A model generated the notes under the pieces. It was not told where the DNA came from and ran no database searches. It saw only the letters and a list, made by a program, of their open reading frames with translations. Of a stretch of DNA of 64,000 nt, positions 1 through 12,919 are shown one piece after another. The translations under genes and the position numbers were made by a program. Origin of the DNA: Octopus vulgaris (lineage: Eukaryota). The DNA lies in assembly GCA_951406725.2 (NCBI GenBank), contig OX597824.1:60636001-60700000 (forward strand). Direction: 5' to 3'. Within the stretch, counting starts at the first letter, position 1; each line of letters opens with the position of its first letter.

Positions 1-115
1 AGAAAAAAGGGGCAAAGGAATTAAAGAGAGGGAGAAGAGAGAGAAAAAAAGGAACAAAGGTATTAAGGAGGGGGAGAAGAGAGAGAAAGAAGGAATTAGG
101 GAGCGGGAGAAAAAG

Positions 116-1304
116 TGCGCGCCAAGGATTGGCGGGACTAAAGAAAGGCAGGGTCAGTGAAGTGCAACGTAAGAAAGGCAGAGAAAGTGTGTGTAGAAGT
201 CGTACAATGTTTAGTGGAATGCTTACATACATATAAGAGAATAAGGTATACGTACGCCGTCTACCGTAAGGCATTATTTTTCAAATACGCCAGCTAAGTT
301 CAACTGTCTAAAGTCGAAAGACGCCTGTTGTTTTGTCCTGTTATTATTATTATTGTTATTGTTTTTTGTATTTATATTCGTGTAACATCGTCCGTTTTTC
401 TGTCCTTGTTTCGTATACATTCGAGCAATTTCAAGATTAATCAGCCGAAATTGCGAGGATGATCCGGTTCTTGACTGAAGATTAGAGGCTTCGAATGACC
501 AGTCCGTTTTTTGTATCGTCTATTTGAATGTTTTGCGTTCTTGTCCCATTTTGTATATTTATATATATATTATTGCGGCGTACGTACACCTTATTCTCTT
601 ATATTTATGTAAGCATTCCACTAAACTTTGTACGACTTCTACACACACTTTCTCTGTCTTTCTTACTTTGTACTTCACTGTCTCTGTATTTCTCTTTTGT
701 AGCCTCCTTGATTCTTCGGTCTCCTCTTTCCCCACTCTCTCACATTTCTCTGCCTTTCTTACGTTGCACTTCACTGACCCTGTCTTTCTTTTGTCCCACC
801 AATCCATGGCACGCTCTCTTTCTTCTCCCTCTCCTTAATTCCTTCTTTCTCTCTCTTCTCTTCTCACGTGACCACTGGCTATAGCCTTTCCGCTTCTCAC
901 CAGCGCCACGATAACATCGCACTCTTCGTCTGCCGTAAGGCATTATTTTTCAAATACGCCAGCTAAGTTCAACTGTCTAAAGTCGAAAGACGCCTGTTGT
1001 TTTGTCCTGTTATTATTATTGTTTTTTGTATTTATATTCGTATTATTTTATTTTTTTTTGTATTAATATTCGTGTAACATCGTCCGTTTTTCTGTCCTTG
1101 TTTCGTATACATTCGATCATTTTTCTAAGAAATCTAATGTTCGTAGCTCAGTTTTTCCTTGGGGCTGGCCAGATCGGAGCAATCTCATGATTAATCAGCC
1201 GAAATTGCGAGGATGATCCGGTTCTTGACTGAAGATTAGAGGCTTCGAATGACCCGTCCGTTTTTGTATCGTCTATTTGAATGTCTTGCGTTCTTGTCCC
1301 ATTT

Positions 1305-1306
<2 letters not shown>
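116..1306. repeat. Nested inverted + direct repeat cluster ending in (TA)n; probable Penelope-type terminal repeat
   Basis: ~116-260 is the reverse complement of ~577-690 and ~750-815. Segment ~257-560 (cgtctRccgtaaggcatt...ttcttgtcccattttgtata) recurs directly at ~928-1306 with an insertion, and both copies end in TA repeats. Confidence 0.7.
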
Positions 1307-1399
<93 letters not shown>

Positions 1400-1490
1400 A
1401 GAGTTTACGAAAAAAAACAAACAAAAGACGAAGACAGGTAGTGTACAAAACAAACAGATGTATTAGTATAACGCTCAGGAATAGAAAAAG

Positions 1491-1528
1491 TCTTTTACGT
1501 TTCGACCCTACGCTCTTCTACAGAAAGG
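1491..1528 (-). ncRNA. Minimal type I hammerhead-like motif (variant core CUGUAGA)
   Basis: Minus strand reads CUUU-CUGUAGA-A-GAGC GUAG GGUC-GAAA-CGU-A-AAAG. Stem III is the ACGU palindrome; stem II has one mismatch. Confidence 0.55.
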
Positions 1529-2510
1529 GACACAGAAAAAACAAGGAGAGAAAAAATATGTGTGTAGTGGCTAACGATCTATCATGGTGACTACTACCGG
1601 ACAGAAGGGTCAAACACAGGAAGGAAAGTAAGGGAGATAACAAGGTAAAGATGACCCCCAACACAAAGGTGAGTGTGTGTATAAGAGTATGTATGTGCTT
1701 GTGAAAGAGGACTGGTGGTCTGGACGTGTGCGTGTATGTATGTGTAGGTGTGAAGATGTGGGGATGGGTGTGTGGGTGGTGTGTTGTGATGTGATGTGTA
1801 ATGTTGTATGGTGTAGGGTGGTGTGGTGATGTTGCTGGGAGGTGGGGTGGGCAAGAGTGGGGAAAGCACGGGTGGGGTGTAGGTTCAGCTGGGGGTTGGG
1901 GTAGAGTTGGGATTTGTGGGTAGGAAGAGGGTGGGTGTAGAGGTGGGCTATGTGGGGAAGGGGTGTGGGATAGGATGAGGATGGGATGGGGGGATGTATT
2001 GGGGGCATGGTAAGGTGGAGTAGGGATATTTAGGGATGGGTGGGTTTATGGAGGGAGGGGAAGGTGGGTATGTGAAGAGAGAGAGGAGGAGAGAAGAGAG
2101 AAAGAGCGGTGAAAGAGTAGGAGAGAAGAGAGAAGGAGAATAAGAGAGGAGAGAGAAAGAGAGTAAGAGAGAGGAGAGAAAGAGAGAAGAGAAGAAGAGA
2201 GTAAGAGGGAAGAGGGGAGAGAAAGAGAGAAAGAGAGTAGGAGAAAGAGAGTAAGAGAGAAGAAAGAAAGAGAGTAGGGGTGAAGGGAAATAGCAGTGAA
2301 GAGAAGTAGGAGTGAAGAGATGTAGGAGTCGGGGCAAGAGAGGAGAGTTGGGTGGGAAGGAGGAGGGAGGGGGAGAGAGGAGAGAGGAGAGAAGGAGAGT
2401 GAGGGAGCAGAGAGAAAGAGAGAAGAGAGAAAGAGAGTTAGGGAGAAGAGGGAAAGAGAGTAGGGCTGAAAAGATGTAGGAGTGAAGAGAAGTAGGAGTC
2501 GGGGAGGAGG

Positions 2511-3650
2511 TTAGATGAAGAGGGGAAGAGAGTTAAGCCCAAATGGCGTAAAAGAGCGAAGTGAGAAGATTAATCCCTGTTCACGGCGCAAACGGGAGTC
2601 CGGATGGCCTCTGTGCAAGGACAATCCGAACACAGACAGGTGTTGCAAGGAGTGACCGGTGGAGCGGAAATGGCGTGAGACCGGGGTGTCATTGCCAAGG
2701 CGGATGTCTCGGGTGTGTTCCGCGAACCGGTCAGCCAAGCGGCGTCCCGTTTGTCCGATGTACAGGGAATGGCAGAGAGAGCAGGAGATGCAATAGATGA
2801 TATTTCTGGAGAATCAGGTGAAAGATTCGATGATGTGATAGGGTCGATGATGGGTGCCGGTGAGGAGGGTGGTGTTGGAGAGATAAGGGCAAGTGCGGCA
2901 ACCTGGGGGTGAGCAGGGGAACGAGTCAGGTTGGGAGGTAGGTTTGGGGAAGAAGCTGTGGACCAAGAGGTCTCGTAGGTTGTGGGCTCATTTGAAAGAG
3001 GGGAGGGGTCGGTTAGGGAAGATGTGTGAAGTGGACTGGTCGGACTGGAGATGCCGGAAAGCTCGGAGAATGGTGTGTTGGAGAGGTAGTGTGGTGGGGT
3101 GGTAGGTGAGGAGAAAAGGGAGGCGGGAGACTGCAGGGCGGATTCTGGAGAGAGAGTAGATGCACGGTCCACGGAACGTGCTCTGGCAAGGGCGGTGTGG
3201 ATAGTGGTGAGGGGATATCCACGTAGGATGAAGTGGCGAGTCATGAGTTGAGACTGAGCCTCAAAGTCATGGTCGTCACTACAGAGCCTGCGTAGAGGGA
3301 GGAATTTGGAATAGGGGATGGAAAGCTTGGTGTGTTCGGGATGGGAGAAGGAGAAGTTTAGGTATGAGTATGAGTCTGTGTGTTTGTAGTGGATGGAGGT
3401 GGTAAGAGTGGAGTGATATATGTTGATCGAAATGTCAAGAAAGGAGACAGAGGTATCAGAGATAGTGCAGGAGAAGTGGAAGGCAGGATGGAAAGATTTG
3501 ACGAATCGCGGGGGAGTGAGGTAGCACCGATACAGTCGTCAATATAACGGCCATATGATTCGGGAGTGGGACCAGTGAAACTAGAGAATATTTGGGCCTC
3601 AACATAGCCAACGAACAGGTTCGCATAGTTGGGGCCCATTCTCGTTCCTA
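2511..3650 (-). pseudogene. Frameshifted Penelope RT / GIY-YIG ORF
   Basis: Motifs are split across ORFs 3358-3639, 2570-3244 (HFILRGYP) and 2511-2738. Confidence 0.85.
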
Positions 3651-3703
3651 TGGCCGAGACCGGCTGGTAGAACTCGCCCGCGAACGAGAAGCAGTTATGT
3701 ATG

Positions 3704-3762
<59 letters not shown>

Positions 3763-3766
<4 letters not shown>

Positions 3767-4322
3767 CTAATATAGGATAAATTTTTTCGAGAAAAATTTT
3801 ATCAATGGCCAGCATATTAAAAAATACCTTTAAAGGTTAAATTTATAAATAACTTATAAAATAAGGGCAAAAGAAAAAAATATTCTAATGCCAAATATGC
3901 CGAAAATAGATAAATTGTCGATAACCAATTGTAATTTATCACTATTAACACGTGCCTCAAAACAAGCCGATAGAAATTTCTAAAAAATTCCGTTATTACC
4001 GTATTGGTCCCAATTTCAGAGTTAATTCATAAGAATTTTCTCCTCCTCAGCGATAAATACGTAAGACATAAATGAAATACTTACTCATACCCATGGAAAA
4101 AGCAAGCACTAAGTCCTGAACAGAACTAAGTACCCCAAATATATATCCAAAATAGAAAATCTTTAGCACATCTTGAGACACGTGTGATTCGAACAAGAAA
4201 CTTTCACAGAGTGACAGAGTCCGGAAGTGAACACTATTAAATTTACATCTAATATAGGATAAAAGTTTTCGAAAAAAATGTTATCAATGGCCAGCATATT
4301 AAAAAATACCTTTAAAGGTTAA
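3763..4322 (-). mobile_element. Retrozyme-like / pseudo-LTR unit (482-bp period, 78-bp direct terminal repeat)
   Basis: 3763-3840 is repeated at 4245-4322. The unit contains a hammerhead at 3991-4061 and abuts (TA)n. Confidence 0.7.
3991..4061 (-). ncRNA. Type I hammerhead ribozyme
   Basis: Minus strand: UUAUCG-CUGAGGA-GGAG aaAAUUC uuau GAAUUaa CUCU-GAA-AUUG ggac CAAU-A-CGGUAA. All three stems pair and the core matches CUGANGA/GAAA/UH. Confidence 0.8.
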
Positions 4323-4409
4323 CCTTGGGCAAGTGTCTTCTACTATAGCCTCGGTTGGACCAAAGCCTTGTGAGTGGATGTGGTAGACGGAAAATGAAAG
4401 AAGCCCGTA

Positions 4410-4410
<1 letters not shown>
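4323..4410 (+). mobile_element. tRNA-derived SINE family A, partial
   Basis: ccttgggcaagtgtcttctactatagcc...gaagcccg, shared with 7567-8060 and other copies. Confidence 0.8.
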
Positions 4411-4461
<51 letters not shown>

Positions 4462-5213
4462 CCTTGCTTTGAATTTGTTCCGGATTATATACTTTTAATA
4501 ACTCTGTTTTTTCCCTATCATTATGCCGCATTCTGATTTTGAAATAATTGTCACCGACACATTACCTGTATTGTGTGCGTTTTTATATTTTGTGTGTGTG
4601 TGTGTGTTTATCTCTAATAACTGAAAATATAATTGATATGATAAAGTTCAAAACCTTGCTTTTTGAAGTAAAAAATCAGTCGATTTGTGAATGGTTGATA
4701 ATATTCGTTGCATTCGTATAACGGGGGCCAACACTTTACATTCGAACACTTTTGTTAGGGCAATATATATAACAAAAAGTATCAAATATTAAAAAGGTCT
4801 TCAAAAGCTGCTTTTGAATAATGGCATATTGGAGTGAATAACTATCATGGCGTCCGTTTGTTTACAAACTTTAATGAGCATTGTACTTTCCCGTGAATTT
4901 CAATCCACAGAGACAATATTGAGCGTGTCTTCATTTTCTGTTTATCGATTTTCTGCTTATTAAACAATGCTACTTTAGCTTATTTTAAGCAAAGCTGCAA
5001 TAAATTTTATGCATTGTTTGCATAAAATATATTATTATTCGAGAATTCTGTGACATTTTAAGAAAACAAGAAAAGAAAAGCCTAAATCAGGCTCACTGAA
5101 AATGTCCGAATATCTGAAATTGTTGGGTACAAAAATTGTATTCAGGTTTCAATTTTATAGGAAGCGAAACATCGAAATAAGCGAAAATCGAACAGTCGAA
5201 TCTAAAATACTGC

Positions 5214-5412
<199 letters not shown>

Positions 5413-5495
5413 TTTTGTAGATTAGTGAATGCATTTCACTTGAAATCTATGTTTTCAAAGGTGAATAAGCATCGGCAGCTAGCAAGCCAAGCTAC

Positions 5496-5541
5496 ACCAG
5501 ACTGATGATGAGCAATGACTCTGAAACTAGTCTTTAGATGG
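5496..5541 (+). ncRNA. Minimal type I hammerhead ribozyme
   Basis: ccaga-CUGAUGA-U-GAG caauga CUC-U-GAAA-CUAG-UC-uuuag. Canonical core, GUC triplet and ACUAGU palindromic stem III; stem I is imperfect. Confidence 0.65.
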
Positions 5542-5737
5542 GGGCTTTGTTGGGTGGAGGTGCTTATCTCTCTTATTTGAAACATAAGGATACAGAACGC
5601 TTGTGTTACATGGCCAGTTGGAATCTGTGTTTCCTGGGGCTAAACAGCAGTAGCATTTTCCCATTTTCCCCTTTCCTGGGACTGCCACATTAAGTTGGCA
5701 ACAAACCATCACTACATATATATATATATATATTATA

Positions 5738-6929
5738 TAAGGTAATCCCATAAATAATGTCCGAATAAAGGAAAACAAAAGTAAGGAAAAAGTGATCAAT
5801 ATTACATTCTATTAAAATTTAATCCATTTTATTAAAATTTCCATCATTATCGATGACTTTCTTACATCTACTGATCAGTTTTTTAAAATTTCATTGGTGA
5901 AAATCTCTTTTGGTTTTGATGAGAAGAAGTCAGTTTCGACCTCTTTGGGGCTTTTGCGTATTAATCTATCTAAACGATTCTGCAAGCTTCGAAACAAATT
6001 GTAATGAGAAGCTGAGGTGTCCGGAGTGAGGGATTTTTCCCCAGCCAAGTTCTTTTATTTTTTTCTGGCGTGATATTTGCAGTGTGGGGTCTTGCGTTAT
6101 CATGATGAAACACCACGCCCTAAAGATTCGACAAATCAGGCCTTTTTTGTACTTCAAAGCAGTATACAAACGCTCTGGTGGTAATAGGTGTGAGCAGTAA
6201 TTGCTTCTAAAAATAGATGACTCCAATGCAATCCCACCAAACAGAAAGAAGAACCCTTTTGCATTGAGATCCTTTTGGGGTTGTGGTTTGGCCTATTCTA
6301 AGCCACAACTAAGTCATTGCCTGCGTCGCTTAACATCTTCATAAAAAATAAATTTTTCATTAACAGTCACTAATCTGTCCAAGAGTGAAGAGATGAGCAA
6401 AAGTCTACTTAACTCATTGGGAACCCATTTTCCGAGTCTGGGTACCTTTCCAAGCTGTTGAAGATGGCGGTGAACATTTGAATGGCTTCGATTGAGCTTG
6501 CTTGCCAATTCAACTGACACAACATTATCCTTCTCAAGCTCAGACAAAATAAATTCATTGTCGAATTCAACAGATCGTACTATTCGTGGCTGTCTCTTTG
6601 GCTGAAATCACCATTTTTGAACTTTGCAAACTATCTTCTACAACTTCTTTCGTTCAAGCACGCTTCCTTATAGACAGAATGGATATTTCAGGTTGCTTCT
6701 ACTGCACTGTTTCCCTTTTTGAACTCATTAAGCTTTATGTGCCTAAAATACTCCTTCCATACAACCATCTTTGTGGCGTTAATATCAGATCATTTTCTAA
6801 AAAGAAATTATATTAAGTTAAAGATTTCCAAATTCATATGAGTATCAATCAATACCATTTGACTTCTCAGAGTACTGTAAAATTTGATAGAAATTATATA
6901 TTTCGGACACTATTTATGGGCTGACCTGA
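5738..6929 (-). mobile_element. Degenerate mariner DNA transposon
   Basis: WVPNELS and RLVTVNEKFIFY motifs (ORF 6314-6547). Imperfect TIRs taaggtaatcccataaataatgtccga / tcggacactatttatgggctgacctga with flanking TA. Confidence 0.9.
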
Positions 6930-7566
6930 TATATATATATGCACAAGAAATGACTGGGGTCAATAAATCCAGGCAGATATCTATAAAGCACCCAGTGTTA
7001 AACGAATTTGGTTAACTATATCAAATAATTAGATACAAATTAGTGCAAGTAGAATAAACATCCAAGATAATCCATCATGTATGACAAGTAAATCCAAGTA
7101 TCATTTCGAAGAATTTCAAGAAATTCGGAGCATACGGCAAGAATAAGAATGAAGAAAATCACATCTTTAATTGGAGATTACACCATACAATACCGATGGT
7201 CGTCTCTGTTGTACCGGCATCTTTAGATATAGAAAAAAGTTTTAAATATCACTCAAATGAATAAATCCGAAAATATATATTAAACACAACGTTCTCAAGC
7301 CAACCCAAAATTTGTTGGATTTAAAATGAACTAAGAAAATATCTCTAATAGAGAAACGCATATGAAAAGAATGTTAAGGTGAAATATAATATTCTAAGAA
7401 AAGCCAGTTTAGAATTTAAGTTTCAATGACGTCAATAAATAATGAAAGAATAAAAAATAAACATAGGGATACTAGGTCACAACAAATAGAAACAGAAATT
7501 CTGTTACGACATATAATAATCTATCTTTTAAATGTGCTGAACTTTTTAAGAAAAATTATGCATATA

Positions 7567-7737
7567 GGCGCAGGCATGAGTATGTGGTAAGAAGCTTGCT
7601 TCCCTAATACATAGTTTCGGGTTCAGTCCCACTGCATGGCGCCTTGTCTTCTACTATAACCTCGGGCTGACGAAAGCCTTATGAATGGATTTAGTAGACG
7701 GAGACTGAAGCCAGTCGTATATATATATATATACATA

Positions 7738-7813
<76 letters not shown>

Positions 7814-8060
7814 AAGATAGATATAGATATATATGTGTGTGTGTGTGTGTCTTTGTGTCGGCGTTTGTCTCTCACTACCGCTTGACAACCGGTGCTGGTG
7901 TGTTTACGTCCCCGTAACTTAGCGGTTCGGCAAAAGAGACCGATAAATAAGTACCGGGTTTTAAAAAAGGAAAGTACTGGACTCGATATATCCAACTAAA
8001 AGTTCATCAAGGCGGTGTCCTAGCATTGCTTCAGTCTAATGACTGAAACAAGTAAAAAGT
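7567..8060 (+). mobile_element. tRNA-derived SINE family A, near full-length with internal microsatellites
   Basis: A/B-box-like head (gtgtggtaagaagc..gggttcagtccc), conserved body, tail gtctaatgactgaaacaagtaaaa. Confidence 0.85.
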
Positions 8061-8709
8061 ATATTATATGAAAGGCAATTATAATTAATGTGTTAATTAG
8101 AATTGAAATATTTGAATACTTTTCTATATTCATATGAAAATTTCAATGTAAAATTATCTTTACAATTCATTAATATCAATCTAGAAGTAATTATTATATA
8201 ATTACTACTAAATGAATATTAACGAATTGTATAGGTTATTTTACATTCCAATGTTCTCACAAATATAGAAAAGCATTTAAATATTTCAATTCTAAATAGC
8301 CCATTAATTATAATTGTTTTTCATATGATATACTATTATATCAAATCAAATCAAATGAAAGGCCTCCTATACAAAATAAAATAATTTCTGGAATTAAATA
8401 TTGCTCAATACAAAATACATGCCTCAATATAGAATTTATAATAAGCATAAATTTCGAAGTGTAATTCTGATGATTTTCAAAATTGGTAGAGTCGAAATTA
8501 ATCCTGCCAGCAATCATCTCAACGTTATATGGGGGAAGGGGGGAATAATTGGGCAAACGATGGCAATGGTATTTGAATGATAATCTAAATAATCTAAATA
8601 ATAAATGATATAATATAATCTTAAAAAACAAGAAGTTCAAATGGAAAAAATGTCCTGTTTCACAGAAAAAGTGTTCAACAAAATGTTCAAACTTAAAATT
8701 TTTCTTTAA

Positions 8710-9385
8710 AAAAATGTTGCTTTACAGAAAAAGGTTTAATAAAATGTTGAGCCTTCCAAAGTTAGAAACTAGAATCGAAAAAGTAGGCTTCAGAAGTTAG
8801 AAGCTAGAATCGAAAAAATAGGTATCATTTGGAACAGTGTTGATGGAATATTTTCTACTTCTTACACATGATGTAGTATCACGGCAGTGTTAGAAAATTT
8901 GAGGCTTTTGAGTGATCCCAATAGTCTAGGCTTTCTATGCGAGTTATTCCTTTTCGTGATCAATATATTAGATGCTTTAATTTTTGTTATGTTTCAGTTT
9001 GCATTGGGAAACAATAGCGTTCAGCAAAATTCAAGATGAGAGCTGACGAACATAGAGAAGAGAAAGATGATGATACCAAGAATCCCTGTACTGGACACTT
9101 CTAAGGATACTTACCAATTCAAATAACTGTTTGTCTTTGTGCCATTTGATCTCATAGTAAATCTCGCCTGTGACCGCGTTCGTATTTAGCTTAACAAACA
9201 TAACTGCTATGTATTATTCTATCGGTTCAATAATTGCTAAAATTGCTATGATCCAGCTTGAAACAATTGATATCATATTGACACTAATTATTCTATTAAA
9301 TGAAGTATACAAGGTGCAAGAGCTATTTGAAGACATATTAGGTAATTTGATGAATTAACTTTAATAAAAGAAACCCAAAAGTATT
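8710..9385 (-). pseudogene. Probable decayed rhodopsin-class GPCR (TM3-TM7 remnant)
   Basis: Manual translation with stops and frameshifts: LICLQIALAP (TM3-end-like), FNRIISVNMISIVSSWIIAILAIIEP (TM4-like W..P), ILLNAIV (TM5-like), LNILLNLFL* (TM7-like), in the expected order. Confidence 0.4.
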
Positions 9386-9399
9386 TTAATAAAAATTTG

Positions 9400-10020
9400 C
9401 GCGTATATTCTCGGTAAGGTTTCTTACAGGACTATTTTATGAATCACCCATCAGCTTCGATGAAAGCTTCAATTCAGAGGTGGAATCGTTGGTATGCCTA
9501 CACTAAATGGTCCTTATTTATTTCGGACACTGCCAGGAAAATGGCAGCCTTCAGTGAAGCTGTGTATTGAGAGGATATCGAGTAGACTTCCTATCAACAG
9601 CGCTCTAAACGTAGTAGTCCACGAGTTTAGAGGCCACAGGTGTTACATGATTGTAACATGCCTGAAATCCATTCGTAGGTTACGTGGTACTGTCTCAACT
9701 ACTTCACATATCCATAAGTATTAATTCTAAGTTCCTGTCGAAAGATGTGAGGTGGTATGACTCTCATAGTTACTGGAAACTTAATTCGTATCCCACTGAG
9801 GACACCAAAAGGATCTGCGCATAACCATGTTAGAATTTTGGTCTTGGCTGAAGGTTCTCTTATCTGATTTGAATTGGCTTTCCATCAGTGCATAAATTTG
9901 TATTAAATGTTCTCATGCTCCACAGTTTTGATAGTCCACTCTAACACCTGAAGTTCTTTGCCAATGGCTTTCATTGATTTTCTAGGATCATCATTTATAT
10001 ATAAACCAGCAGAAAGTTTC
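9400..10020 (-). mobile_element. Tc1-like transposase remnant
   Basis: Minus-strand C-terminus resembles the Tc1-type ..RF..IEAFIEADG.. ending; heavily decayed. Confidence 0.4.
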
Positions 10021-10771
10021 CTCTATGGCATTTATCAGAATATCAGTGAAATAAATACAACAAAAACGATCGAAGTGACATCATGCGCAATCACTTTCAC
10101 TTTGGTTAAAGTTTTCAAAAGTAAGAGAGCAAGTGGGGGTGGGGTGGGGTGTATGTAGTGTTACTTCATCTTTTATGAGGTTGCTGTTGTTGTTGTTGCT
10201 GTTTTTGCTGATGTTGCTAACGTTGCTCTAGTTATTATTATTGCTGCTGCTGTTGTTGTTTAGCTACAAGTCAAACCTGATCGCGCAGTCTTATAATCAA
10301 AGACATCCCAACAAACCATGACCATCCCGCCCATCATTTTGTCTCTAAGGCGACATCGTCCAGTATATGAGACACCTTCATAAAATAACTCCACATTTAT
10401 ATGAACGCAGTAGAAACTGTTTAGCTTTGGCGCCACTCCAAAATTTCTGTGGACTGTGTCATCTGTAATTGTCCATGTGAAGCTAAAATGATATTGCAAG
10501 GATTGTGATTTAAGAGGCAGGAAATCCTTCTTGAAGTAGTCGTTGACCTTCAACGAACTTACAAATGGTCACTGTTTACACATGTGATAGTTCAGATGAC
10601 AGGAATGTATGGAAAATAGGAGTATCAACTGCATCGATCTAACACACACACACACACGCACACACACATACACACACACAGACACACACAAACACATACA
10701 CACACACACACACATACACACTCTCTCTCTCTTTCTCTCCCTCTTTCTTTCCCTCTTTCTCTCTCTCTCTT

Positions 10772-10820
<49 letters not shown>

Positions 10821-11255
10821 TGAAGCACAAAAAGACAAGAGAGAACAAGCAACACAATTACCTTTATACATAAAAATAACTATTCTAAACATAAATAGTT
10901 TAATATAGATACATAAAAACTCAAAAACATTTCGAGAGGAATAAGTTAAGGAATTAATATCTTTGCACAGCTCAGTATAGGAACTCATTGTAAACTCCTC
11001 TTGTAATTTTTATGTTACATTCGCGATTAGGATAATATTCAGCAAAAACCTGCAGCACTTCGCCTACATTTGCCACTCCTTTAGCAATAATCATTGTAGT
11101 CAATTTAAGTGGTGTAAATAGAACATACGTTGTCTTATCTGTATCCTCAGCTTGTTCTTATAATATCACGTGCTTAGACATCTACTGATTGCCATTTCAT
11201 TTATCAGCTCTTCACCATAATATGGACACTTATACACATGGAATGTACATCAGTG

Positions 11256-11292
<37 letters not shown>

Positions 11293-11644
11293 CAATGATT
11301 CATTGTTATAGAATTTCTAAAATTTCTCCCTCCAATTTTCTCTTCTGTTCCCGAATTCATATGTTCTTCTAATTTTTTACTCGTTCAATTTACTACATTT
11401 TTCGTTTTTATTCCTTCCTTTTCTCTTCTATTTATAAGCTTTACGCTCACCTCTGTCACATTCCTCTTGCCATTCAGGCGCCTCACTAATTTTCTTCCTA
11501 ATCTTTCCTTATTTTCATAGAACTTAATCTCATAGAACTAATTTTTTCTTACACCAGAGTTGTATTGTACACCGTTGCTCCTCTCTTTCTTCAACATTAG
11601 ACCATCTCACACCCATATCCTGATGGAGGGTATTCTCTTGGTTG

Positions 11645-12830
11645 CACGTCACTGAACGGTTTCCAGACGATTAATATCCTGGGCAAGATAGGGGTTCCAG
11701 ACCAGTGATGCAAATTCCAGGTGAGGTCGCACCATAGCTATATAAAGCCGCAGATAGATATCCGGAGAGCTGCTCACAAAGGACTTGGTGAGTGATGCCA
11801 AGTCACCCTCAGCCTTCTTGGCAATTTTAGCAATGTGTGTTGTCCAACGCAAATCGCTGTCGACAATAATGCCCAGGTCACGTTCACAAGAAGACTTTTT
11901 GGATCTTTTCGGTTTGAACGGCAGTTTTTTCTAGCGGTGTCATATGAAATTGTCACCCATAATTATGCCCCGAGTATCAATCTATTGCATTTCAATCTGT
12001 TTTAGGGTTAGTTAGGGTTAGTGTAGGGTGGGGGAAGGGTATCAATTGCTGCATTGTGTCCATGTTTGATTGTAATAAAGGTCTATAGTGTACAGGATCT
12101 GTCCTCTTTATTTCGAGGTACAGCTTGATGTCATCTGCATATTTCAGCACTGTAGCATTCTTTAAGTTGGAATCTATGTCATTAACATATGCAACAAATA
12201 AAAGGGGGATCAAGAACAGATCCCTGTGGTACACCAGATGCCATCCTATAGGGTGAAGAGGGCTGTCCTAGAACTGTGACAACCTCTTTTCGGCCGATAA
12301 TGAAGGACTTCAACCAGTTATAGAGATAATCTCTTACACCCATTGCAGAGAGTTTCATCATAAGTCTTTTGTGTGGCACAGAATTAAAATCCTTAGCAAA
12401 GTCCAGGTAAACAAAATCCATCCAGGATCCGCGATCAGTGATTCGGGTAATGTCCTCAAGAAACTCGATGAGTTGATTACAGCAGCTGGAGTTAGGAATA
12501 AATCCGAATTGTTACGGCTGGATGAGGCTGTGAGACTTCCAGAAGTTCCAGAGGGTTTCTCTGGCACAGGATTCCATCAGTTTGGCGATGCAGCTAGTAA
12601 GACTGATGGGGCGATAGTTGACAGGCGATGTGCGGTCATCTTTTTTGAACAGAGGGATAACACTGGCAGTTTTCCATTGCTCTGGAGTAACGCCATTGTC
12701 AAGACAGAATTGAAAGAATAGTGAAAGTTGGTTCAGATGAAAGTACCCACCGCATTTGAGAAGTAGGTATGTAACACCATCGAGACCAGGAGAGGCATAG
12801 TTACGTTTATTCTTAAGGTGGCATTGTAAC
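11645..12830 (-). mobile_element. CR1/L2-group LINE reverse transcriptase fragment
   Basis: SPGLDG, NYRPISLTS, VYLDFAK.F.SVPH, GVPQGSVL, YADDIKLY and VRPHLEFASLVWNPY across frameshifted ORFs. Confidence 0.9.
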
Positions 12831-12843
12831 ATTGCTGGTGGAA

Positions 12844-12876
<33 letters not shown>

Positions 12877-12919
12877 TGTATGTATGTATGTATGTATGTA
12901 TGTATGTATGTATGTATGT

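Larger units (their letters stand above)
1397..3690 (-). mobile_element. Penelope-like retroelement, 5'-truncated, with 3' pseudo-LTR abutting (TA)n
   Basis: RT fragment MGPNYANLFVGYVE..RYIDDC (ORF 3358-3639); GIY-YIG endonuclease tail ADRFAEH..PVSRHF..REQGLIFSL..PFGLN (ORF 2511-2738); pyrimidine-rich 3' region; hammerhead-like motif at 1491-1528. Confidence 0.9.

Noticed and set aside
7567-7640. tRNA gene
   Set aside because: It is a tRNA-derived SINE head, continuous with the SINE body and lacking a proper cloverleaf.
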